DNA of 34,356 nucleotides from Fonticula alba ATCC 38817. Lineage: Eukaryota > Protista > Nucleariida. The notes below the pieces were generated by a model. It did no database searches, was not told the DNA's origin, and saw nothing but the letters and a program-made list of their open reading frames with translations. Shown piece by piece: positions 20,914 through 31,420 of this stretch; the first letter of the stretch is position 1, and each line of letters opens with the position of its first letter. The translations under genes and the position numbers were made by a program. The stretch lies in assembly GCA_000388065.2 (NCBI GenBank), contig KB932202.1. The stretch is one strand, 5' to 3'.

Positions 20914-23663
20914 ATGTCCGGAGCCACTGTTCCCGGTCAACGCGTTTGCCTCATCGTCATTGATGGCTGGGGCATCACCCCCGAGACCAAGGGCAATGGT
21001 TCGTTTCCTGGCCATTCATGTCCCCCCCCCCCCCCCCCTCCCCTCCTCTCCTCACGAAGACTGACGCTCCGGGTCTCTCCCTCCGCCCCCATTTCTCTCT
21101 CCCTCTGCCGGATGTCAGCCGTCTACCATGGCTGCACCGAGGTCATGGACCGCCTTGCAGCTGATGGCCAGGTACGCCCTCCAACCTACACCCTCTCCGT
21201 GCGTCTCTCCTGTCTTCTCACCGGCTCGCGCCTTGCAGCATGTGTCGCTTGCGGCGCACGGTCGTGCTGTTGGTCTCCCCGCTGGGCTGATGGGCAACAG
21301 CGAGGTCGGTCACCTGAACATCGGCGCCGGGCGTGTTGTCGAGCAGGACATCGTCCGCATTGATGCCGCCCTGCTGGAGGGTGAGTCTGGTCCTGTGGAG
21401 GATATCCCCATCGTGCGGGACCTCTTCAACAAGGCGGCCGCTGGCGGGCGGCTGCACTTCCTCGGCCTCGTGTCCGATGGCGGTGTGCACAGCCATATGG
21501 CGCATCTGAAGTCCCTGATGCTGGCGGCCCAGCGCACCGGCATTCCGGAGTCCTTCGTGCACTTCTTCGCTGACGGTCGCGACACTGCCCCTACTAGCAC
21601 CCGTGCGTTTCCCAAGTCCCTCCCGCCCCCCCCTCCCTCCCTCTCTTCTTCTCCCCTCCTCCGGGAGGGTTTTTGCTGGTTGTTTGGACACACATTCAAC
21701 CTAACACGGCGACAATGGTAAATCTCTCTCTCTCTCTCTCCCTCTCTGTCTCTCCCACACACAGTCGGTTACACTGAGCAGATGCTCCAATTCCTTGCCG
21801 AAAACAAGTATGGTAGCATTGCCACCATGACCGGCCGGTACTACGCCATGGACCGCGACACCCGCTGGGAGCGGACTAAGATCGCGTACGACATGCTGGT
21901 CGGCGGTATTGGCGAGGCCAGCACCGACCTCCTCGCCGTACGTGTTGCCTGGCCCATTTACACAGGCACTTGGTCTCTTTAACCCTCTCTTTCTCTTTCT
22001 CTTTCTCCCTCTCCACCCGGTCCTTTGTTCCTTTCACCCCCTCACATACAATGTGTCCCCCTTTCAACATGCTCCTCTGCCTCTCTTCTGATGGATCAGA
22101 CCATCAAGGCTCGTTACGACGCCGGCGAGACGGATGAGTTCCTCAAGCCGATCATCCACAACACCGAGGGCCTGATTCGCGGTACGGTCCCCCTTTTCAT
22201 CCAGTACCCGGCGCCTCGCCCCTCGCCCCTCCTCCATCCCCTCCAGCAGGCAGCGCCAAGTGCTCGATGCTTTTCCTGACCTCTTGCCGACCCCCCCCCC
22301 TCTGGCAGACGGTGACACTATCCTCATGTTCAACTACCGCTCGGACCGCATGCGCCAGCTCGCCCAGGTGTTCAACCCCGATAACCCGACCCTCCCCTTC
22401 GAGTCGGACTTCCCTCGCCCGAAGGACCTGGTATGTGCACCCCCGAGTTTGATTCTGTCTTGTCTGCCCCTTTGCCCGCCTGTCCAGCATACTGATCGTT
22501 CTTTCCCACCTGTTCCCTCTGCTCTGCCCCCGCCCCCCTCTCCCTCTCCCTCTCTTATGGCCGAACTCCTACAGCACATCAAGACCATGACCCGCTACCA
22601 TGCCCTGCTGGACTACGATGTTCTCTTCCCCCCGAAGTCCATGGATAATGTCCTTGCTCAGTGGCTCTCCAAGAAGGGCCTCTCCCAGTACCATGTTGCC
22701 GGTGCGTCTCCCCTACCCGTCCTCCGATCTCGATGCCGTCCCACAGTCGCGCTTGCCCCCTAGCCCGGCCACTTACCCTGTCATGTTGGCCCTTTCCCCT
22801 TTCCACCCACACAGAGACCGAGAAGTATGCGCATGTCACATTCTTCTTCAATGGCGGTCTGGAGAAGGCTTACGCCGGGGAGGAGCGCATGATGGTCCCC
22901 TCGCCGAAGGTGGCCACGTACGACCTCCTGCCGGAGATGAATGCCCAGGGGGTGGCTGAGGAGGTTGCCGCTGGCGTGCGCTCTGGGAAGCATGCCTTCG
23001 TCATGTGCAACTTCGCCCCTCCGGACATGGTCGGCCACACGGGCAACTTTGATGCTGCGGTGAAGGCCATTTCTGCCACTGGTGCGCTTTTGCCATCCCC
23101 CCCCCCCCACCACCGGCAAGCAAATTTCTCTCCATTTCGACCTCTGCCTCCCTTGCCTTCTTGGACCCGTTGCTTCCCTCGCTCTCTCTTGCTCTCTTTC
23201 TCTCTTTCTCACACCCCGACGATATCTCTTCGCTCTCCTGGCGTCCGACACAGATGCCGCCATTGGCCTGATTTCCCAGGCCTGCCTTGAGGCAGGTTAC
23301 GTGCTGATGATCACCGCCGATCATGGCAATGCTGAGCAGATGATCGACTCCGAGACCGGTCAGCCGCACACTGCTCACACTTGCAACCGTGGTGCGTGGC
23401 TTTCTGCCCCTCACTCTCTTCCCCCCTCCCATCATGTTGCCCCCCCCCCCCACCCCCCCCGTCTTCCTCCTTGCCCCTGCCACCGCTTACCTCCATGTCC
23501 ACGTGTGTGTGCACGCACAGTTCCATTCATCATTCACCCCAAGGTGGCGGATTTCCTGCCTGAGGACGAGGGGATGCGTCTGTGTGATGTGGCTCCAACC
23601 ATCCTCCGGGTGATGGGGCTTGACCAGCCGAGCGAGATGACCGGCCGCTCGCTTCTCGCCTAG
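20914..23663 (+). CDS. gpmI: 2,3-bisphosphoglycerate-independent phosphoglycerate mutase (iPGM), 10 exons
   Basis: Exons 20914-20998, 21119-21171, 21239-21602, 21765-21937, 22100-22181, 22309-22430, 22575-22701, 22815-23081, 23254-23391 and 23521-23663. Motifs [25 protein letters not shown] (catalytic Ser), [61 protein letters not shown]. Confidence 0.97.
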
Positions 23664-24281
23664 TGCGGCCCCAAATGGAGCCCACCCATCCGAATGCCCC
23701 CCCCCCCCCCCCTCCCCCCCTCCCCCTCTCGTGTGCCTAGCCCCTATATACCCCTGCATTGGTGTGCCTCACGTCCTCTCCCACATACCCGCGCATGTGG
23801 TCTTTGACCCTCTTTCTCTCGAGAGCGGCGCAGAGGTCCACCCGTTGCCAGGCCGACGCGCGAGGTTTTTCACATCGCTTCAACTCCCAGAGTGGGCATT
23901 TATCTTTGTATTTATATGAGGGGCGCGTGTCCATGGGCCTATCGAGTCCCTTGTCCCAGGGCCATTCGGTGGGCCAAAGACAAGGGGGAGGCAGGGCGGT
24001 GGGGAGGGGGGAGGATCAAGGCAAATGTACACGTGCAAAGGTCTAGAGAGAGAGAGAGAAGTGGTGGCTGTGATGGTGGTCGACATCATGTGGGGGAGAG
24101 GGAGCACGGCCCCATTTCCTTTGCCACCATGGCGAGGTCTTCTTTCAAGCTGCTCCTTAAGTTGGCCACACCGGGAGGGGGCTGATGGCGCACAGAGGAG
24201 GAAACACACAAGGACGCGCGCGAAGACGCCGGGGACACATTGGCATTGGAAAGGCACGGGAGGGGGGGGGGGGGAGCCCCT

Positions 24282-26375
24282 TCACACCTGGGGGGAGGCC
24301 ACCCCGGCAGGGGTCGCAGGCGCCTCGTGGAGGATGTGGCCATCCTCATCGAGCTCGAAGAGCTCCGGGTTCTGGATGGCGAAGTTGACCTCTGGCGAGA
24401 GGGCAGGATCGGCATAGATCGGCTGAGCAGACTTCTTGGTGAGGTACTTCCGGTGGATGAAGCGAATCATCAGACGCAGGGCCGAGTCGGTGGTCATGAA
24501 CACATGGTCGTGACGGAGGAGGTCGAACACATTGAGTGCGTGCGCCGGGAGGACGTTCACACCCGGGAGGTTCCTTTGGGCAGGGCATAATCGGTGAGTA
24601 TCAGCAGCATATATGTATATCTCACACGCGGGAAGTGTGCATCTGTATAGATGCATGTCTGATCTCCTGCCGCGACCATTGAGTAGCGAGGGAGGGAGAA
24701 AGAAGAGAAGAGGGAAAGGGGGGGGGGGGGGGGGGGGGGGGGGGGCGTGGTATACGCACTTGTACGCCAGGCTGAAGTTCTCGGGAGTTGGGCCGGAGAA
24801 AACGAAGAGGACGCGCTTGTTCTCAAGACCTGGGGGAGGGGGGGGGGGAGAGGAAGGAGCGAATCAATTGGCCATGATCCGTTAGGGGCGACTATTCCTC
24901 GCGTACATGTGGTGGACAGGGCAGGGCAGGGAGGGCAGAGATGACATACCGCGGGCGAAGAGCATCTCATAGAGGCAGCGGGTCTTGTGGCTCGGGATGT
25001 CGAACGGCTGGACCAAAGTGAGCTTGTCCTGGGCGAACTTCACGGTCATGGCCGTGCGCAGGGCCAGGCAGCGGACCTTCTTCTGCAGGGAGAACTCGAA
25101 GTTGCGCGGGCGCGGGCCGTGAGTGATACCACCACCGCGGCGAATGGGCGAGGTGATGCCGTTCACACGAGCACGACCAGACCCCTTCTGGGCATAGAGC
25201 TTACGCGTGGCACCGGCGACCTCGGAGCGGGTCTTGGTGCTGGCAGTGCCGGCACGGCGCTTGGCAAGCTGCCAGCGAACAACTCTGTCGATGGGGGCAC
25301 ACACACACACAATGGGGCATGGGCGGGAGGGGGAGGAGGGGAGGGAAGCAGGACAGCGTTAGGAGAAGAAGGGAGAACATGTTTGCCCCTCGTGGAGGCA
25401 TGTCGATGGAAGCCGGCATGAGGGCGCACCGCTGGAGGAGATCCGCCCGAATGGGGGCACCAAAGACCTCCGGATGGAGGGGAGCCATGGCAACCGACTG
25501 GCCAGTCTGGAAGTCCTCAACCCAAGCATGCAGGGCAGTGTCGGCGAAGGGAATGTCCTCATCCGCGAACAGCTCAAGGCGAATGGAGCCGAGGGTGCTG
25601 TCCTGAGCATAGGAGGCCTGCTCCTCCTCCTCATCAGAGTCGACATCCTCATCGTCAGAGTGGGCGGAGAACTTGTTGCCGGAGAGGGACTCCTCCTGGT
25701 TGTACTCCTCAAGGTCCTTGTTCATCTCGGACATAGCGGCGGCCACCGAGACCTTGGCGTCGGTGGTTGTCTCGGAGGCAACCGTCTGCAGGAGATATTT
25801 GCGGGAGGGAGGGAGAAGGGCGAGAAAGAGGGTGAGGGGGCTGTTCTCATCGCCAAAGTATCTGAACAGGGGGGGGGGGGGGGGGGGGCAGGGGCTTCAC
25901 CACCCGGACGATGGCCGCCTGGATGATGGGGTGGGGAGCCTGTGCCGCGGGGGACTGGGTGCCCGGAGTCGCGCCACCCAGAGCCAGACCCTGATCCGAG
26001 GTGCTGCCACCAACAGCGGTTGTTGGGTGTCCATCGCCCTTGAGAACCAGCAGAAGCGAAGCCTCTGGACGTTTCCTGATGGCCGGGCGGTGTCAGTGTG
26101 AGGGGAGGTATAGGCACATGGTGTGCGTGTGCGTGTGTGTGCGCCTGTATAAGGGCAGGTGGGCGTGGGAAAGGAGGAGAGACGCAGAGACATACCGCAA
26201 ACGAACGGTACACCTGGTGACCCGGGGCAGCAATCGCGGGGGGCGGGGCAGAGATTGACATGGTAGCAACTCGGGCGGTGACCGGGGCAAAGGCAATCGG
26301 CCGGGCAGCGGCAGCAGCCGGAGCGGCAACACGCAGGCACCGGGCGGCAGAGGAGAGCAGGGCCTGGCGGAACAT
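24282..26375 (-). CDS. MRPL4: Mitochondrial ribosomal protein uL4m (L4 family with presequence), about 6 exons
   Basis: Arg/Ala/Ser-rich presequence MFRQALLSSAARCLRVAAP at 26375. Core exons 25785-25430, 25284-24950, 24829-24760 and 24573-24282 give VFGAPIRADLLQR|VVRWQLAKRRAGTASTKTRSEVAGATRKLYAQKGSGRAR...RGGGITHGPRPR, a bacterial-type L4 signature. The boundaries of exons 1-2 (about 26214 and 26075-25900) and the last exon (it may splice on to a stop at 24086) are uncertain. Confidence 0.88.
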
Positions 26376-27319
26376 GATGCTAGGGCGCGAGGGCAGTGCT
26401 CAATAGGGAGGGGGCTCTGGAAGTGGAAAACCAGCCGCGGTCCGATCTCGCTCTCGCAGACTGGCTCTTTTGAGGACAGGCCAGGAGATGGGGGTGATAG
26501 GGGAGGGAGAAGGAGGGGGGCGGGAGGGAAGAGAGGAGGGAGGGGGGGGGAGGGGGGAGCGAGAAGACGGATGTGGGTGCTCCCAGGGTAGAGGCCTCGG
26601 TGGAGAAAGGGGTGGCCTTTTGCGCCTGGCAAAAGAGAGATCGGAATTGTGCCAGGTGGGTGCCCTCGTCCTGCCCGGCCTAGCCCCTCCCTTCCACCCT
26701 TGCGCCCCTTCACCGCGCGACGCATCCTTGGGCAACGGGCGTGGAAGCGCATCCCCGCGTGTCGCCCTGGCGGCCTCCGGGCCCCGAGTGGCGGGAGTGC
26801 CTTGTCTTGCTTGGATGTGGAGCCAGATGGGCGCCGCGTGCGGTGCCGCCAGGGCGTGGACGGGATACAGAGAGCGCTCGCCTCCGTTTGCGGGCCAGCG
26901 GCGCTTCTGGCAGCGGGTATGTGCACCGCCAGTGTTGTGGTTGTTCTGGAAGCACAACAGAACACAATACTATTTAAGGCGAATATCCATCGGCACTTAT
27001 ATGTGTCCATGGGTTGGCAGTCGTCTATTTTGGGTGGTGCTTCCGCGGGACCATCGCGTGCCGGCCAGTCGGCTGGAGGCACAGATCTCTCGATCACTCT
27101 CTCCACTCCCCTCACACTCCCCGAGGTCTCTCCTCCTCCTCCTCCTCCTCCTCCCTGCCCGCTTGCCTGGCTTTCTCTCTTTCTATCCTCCGCCTCTCTC
27201 CTGTGTCCCCACACAAACACACGCCCTGCAGCAGCAGCAGCAGCAAGCATACACTTTCCATCGACCTCCGTACATTCACTTGTTCCACACCAGAGAGTAG
27301 GAACGCAGACAATAGGAGG

Positions 27320-28773
27320 ATGTCGCCAAGCGCGGCCTATAGCCTGAGCCTGGATCAGGCCCGGCAACTGCTGGTCCAGTGTCTCATGAGCCAGTCGATT
27401 TTCTCCGCTGACCAACTCAACCGGATATGGGCCGAGTTGAGCTTGCGGGTGTCTCCGTCTAGCCTCTCCGGGGAACCGGCTCCATGTGCGCACTCATATC
27501 CTCCCCCCGCCGCCCTCTTCCAAGCCCCTTCTGTATCCACTCATCAAGGCCCGGCTGCATGTACTCACTCCCCTTGGTAGCACTCACGGCAATCCTCAAC
27601 ATCGCCAATCGCAAACTCACTCCGCTGGGCTTCCGTGTGGTCAACTTCCCGAGCCACTTTGACCCGACCACCTCGTACTACGTGTTTGTGCGTGTATTTT
27701 GCTCACGAAAGCTGGCCTCCATGTTGCCTCTCTCTCTCTCTCTATCCCCATTTACTGACCTTCCTGTCTCCTCGTAACCTCATCAAGGCGAACCTCGAAG
27801 ATGATGAATTCTCCAAAAAGACATCTCTCTCCACGATGGAAATCCTGTACTTTGAGCTGGTGGTGCGTATCTGACATCGTTGATTCCCGGACGCCGCAAG
27901 TCCATTCTGCTGACTGCTTCTCTCTCCCCCCCCCCCCTCTCTCTCTCGCTCTCTTTCGGCTGTCTCAGATTCGTCGGGTGGTCGAGTCCCCCGGCTGCGT
28001 CGCCGACCGACGGGATCTGCTGAACGTTCTGAATGATCCACTTCCACATGCATCAACGCAGGACGCCACCACTCAAGGCGAGGGCTCGATGGATGGGGGC
28101 GCCAGTGCCCCCCTGCCGCAGCGCTTGAATATGACCAAGCTCGAGGCACAGAACCTTCTTAATCAGGTGCGCTTCCAGGGTCTTTTCAAGCTGATTCCCG
28201 ATTGCCCGACCGCCAGCTCACATTTGACTTATCTCTCTCTCTCTCTCTCTCTCTCCCTCCGCGAATCGCACCATGCGGCGGATAGTTCATCTGGGAAGAG
28301 TGGCTGTCTGAGTTCAGCCAGGAGGCCATCGATGGACTGCCAAGCATGGACGTGATGCCGACCCCGGGGATGGTCACTCTCGGTCCACGGGCGTTTGTCG
28401 ATCTCAAGCCCTACCTCGCGCGAATGTACAACACCCCAGACGAGCCGGAGCAGCAATTGCTCTTTGAATGCGCCGTTTGCCGCGGCCTGGTTGGATTTGT
28501 GCGTTCTGGCCTTTGCGCCCTTTCCTTCTCCCTGCCCCCTTCCCTATCTTTTCCTCCTATCTCTCTCTCTCTCTCTCTCATCCCCTCCTCCCCCGTCTCT
28601 CCCTTCCCATTGTCCGACTCACATGCTTGGAATCTTCCCAGGGGCTTTCGTGCCGCTCGATCAACTGCCCAGGGCGGGTGCATCTGTCCTGTGCAGCTCG
28701 ACGGCCCGAGTGCCCCGCCTGTGCCGCGCCTTGGGACACACGCCGCCCTCCTGAGTCACCCCTCGACGCTTGA
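27320..28773 (+). CDS. NSE1: Smc5/6 complex subunit Nse1 (winged helix plus RING-like domain), 6 exons
   Basis: Exons 27320-27485, 27581-27687, 27788-27862, 27969-28166, 28286-28498 and 28642-28773. Protein includes AILNIANRKLTPLGF..YYVF|ANLEDDEFSKKTSLSTMEILYFEL, EEWL, VTLGPRAFVDLKPYL, and the C4HC3 RING CAVC..CRSINC..VHLSC..CPAC..W. Confidence 0.88.
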
Positions 28774-28861
28774 TCGAGCGAGTAGAGCCCCCGCGAAGGC
28801 CGGGCATCTGCATCCGAAGGTGGCGACGAGCGCATGGGCCTCCTTGGCACGGCTCCTCATA

Positions 28862-28867
28862 AATAAA
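28862..28867 (+). terminator. Putative polyadenylation signal of NSE1
   Basis: AATAAA about 90 nt after the stop, where the sequence flips from C-rich to G-rich. Confidence 0.35.
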
Positions 28868-30477
28868 GGGGTGATGCTCGCCAGTAGCCGGTGTTTGGGA
28901 TGGGGGGGGGGGGGAACCAGCGAGAGGCAGGGAAAAGAGGGACAAAAAATAATGCGAAATGTGCTATCGGGGATCACCTCGAGTCGATTAAATCAATCTC
29001 TCAATTTAGGGTAGGTTATTGCCGGCCAACGGGAGAGGGGTCGGGCACCTCGCGGGAAGTGGGGCCGGCTGCCGGATCTTTTGTCCCTCCCATCGTTCCC
29101 GTCGGCGGTATGCCCACGGGCCGATACAACATGTCCCTATCCTGTGTGGGTGAATGTGTGGGTGTTTTTCGGCTGCTGCTGCTGCTGCTGGACCCCGACC
29201 CGTTGCTGGACACTTGTGTCTGCCAGAGCCACGTCGGGGGGGCAGTCATTGTGCCGGGGTGGTGCCGGATGTCCGGGCCTTTGTCCAAAAGGACAAGTCG
29301 AGCCCCTGTGCTCGTCCCCATCTGTTCCGGGTATTTCTGTTCCGCAGTTTGCGCACGCGAGTAGGGTCGGGCAGCGCAACGGGCATGATCTAGCGTCTTC
29401 AGATTGTACTTGGAAGCCCTCCTTGGGCCTTCTCGGTGACGCTGTGACCCGGGGGGGGGGGGGGCGGAGGGCGGCGGCTGGGACAGAAAGGCTAGAAAAA
29501 TGAGACTGGGTGGGGAAGGCCGAGAGGGATGTGCGCCCCCGGCTTGGGCGTGTGCTGGCCATGCCCACGTCCTCGGCGCTGGCACAACTGCCCTCTTGGT
29601 GGCAGGGGGGGAGTCCTTTCAGCTGAAAAAAATGTGATCTCTGCCTTTCTTTGCGTGGCTTTCCTTTCCCTTGCGGGCGGAAATGCGGGCCCTGCGGTAT
29701 TGTTGAATGCCATAATCAAACTCTATTTTCCTCGTCATGCCCCCCCGTGGCTGGGCGACTCGATGGGTGGAGGCACGATCTCCTCCAGGACCCGGATGTG
29801 CGGGGATGCGGGAATTTGGGAAGGACCACCACGCGGTGGTCGGTACTGGTGCTGATGAGGCTTTAGGAGCATTGCCTAGGCGCGGCCGTTACGCGTGTGT
29901 GCCGCCTTCCTCTTGCCTCGAGCCATTCTGGCGTGTATGTGTGTAAGGGAGTGTGTGTGTGTGTGTGACTGTGCACTCATGTGTGGGTCTTGGGCGTGTG
30001 CACGAGCGTGTTCGGCTGCGGGTCCGAAGCGCCGATCAGGGGGCCGGGCATAATTGGATGTGTGCCGCCCCCGGCGCATGCTCGCATGATGGATGATCTT
30101 GTTCGCCTGCCTGGCCAGGGGACACGAGGGCTCGGAGACCCGAGAAGGAGGTGGCCGGGGATGGTCGGCTGGCAGGGGGACAGGGGGTGGCCCGGCGTTC
30201 GGGCCCTTGTTCTGCGCCTCTCGGTGGCTCCGAGCCGGTCACCAGGGAGGCGACATGTGAAAACTTGCCATCCACTTCCGGGGCCTTGTATTTGTTTCAC
30301 CCCAAGCGGGGTCTTCCTCTGCCGGAGGTCGGCGTGGGCGGGGTCCGGCGCGAGGAAACCGGCTGGAGCCGGGCCGGCAGGCCGCAAGAGCGGGGGCGTT
30401 GTCGGCGCGGCCCGCGGACAAGGGTCGGGGCACGGCTGGAGAGTGGCCGCTTGAGGGGACCCGAGCCCTCGGTCAGT

Positions 30478-30508
<31 letters not shown>

Positions 30509-31420
30509 TCGCCTTCGGCCGAGGAGATCTGACATGGGATTGGGCGGGGCCGAGGGCGGAGCGGCTGGCGTGGGTGTCCTTGGGAGTCCCATTCTTCTTC
30601 CTCCTTCCGCGCATGCCGCTCCAGCCCCCAGCCCCCGGCCCCTGGGATCTGGCGGTTCAGGGCGCTTGGGGTGTTGTTGGGGGGGGGGGGGGGGGGACTT
30701 GGCACCTGCGCGCCGGGGGCTGGAGGCAGCCCCGACGCCTCCAGCCAACGTGTTGACTGCCCCTCGGCCTCTCGCCCCGGGCCTCTCTTCTCGGCCTCTC
30801 TTCCCGCCAAGGGGTCCTGCCTGGGTGCGCCGACCGGGGCGGTCCAAGCCTGGATGTCTCTTCATGCGGGTGTTCACGCAAGTGCACAAGAATGCGCCCG
30901 AATGGATGTGCGGGCGTGTGTCTGTATCCTCCACGTGTGTGTGTATATGTGTGTGTGTGTGTATGTGTGTTTGCGACGGAGCTGGCTCACACCTGGACGC
31001 ATGCACCCTGCGCGGCGATCGGCGATCCCCCTGCCGCCGGACATGGCCGCGTGAGGCGAGACCCATGCCAGCAGGAGCACCCTCCTCCGACCGACGTCGA
31101 TCGATGCCGACCCCAAGGGGGCCGGTGTCCAGCACTAGACTGGGCGTCCGAAGGGCATACGCTCCCGGTACCTGACGGTTGTTTGCTTGCTTGCTTGGGT
31201 CCATCCTCCGGGTGGTGTCCTCTCCGGGGCACTCTTAGGACACCACTCCTGGGAGTTTGCCCCTCCCGCCGGGCCGCGACCATGTCTCCTTGCCGATGCC
31301 CGACCTCCATCCGCGCCATCTGTCCGCCCGTCCCTTTGCCACCCTCCTCCTCCCCTTCCCTCCGTCTTTTCATCGGTTTGTCCTTCTTTCCCTCGGCCAT
31401 TTGTCCTGCCCCAACACGCG

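Noticed and set aside
23661-23700. Cryptic peroxisomal isoform of iPGM by stop read-through
   Set aside because: The stop is TAG-TGC rather than TGA-CTA, and the extension shows no SKL-like end.
29004-29020. TTAGGGTAGGTTA as a telomeric repeat or telomerase template
   Set aside because: There is only one perfect TTAGGG and no 1.5-repeat template.
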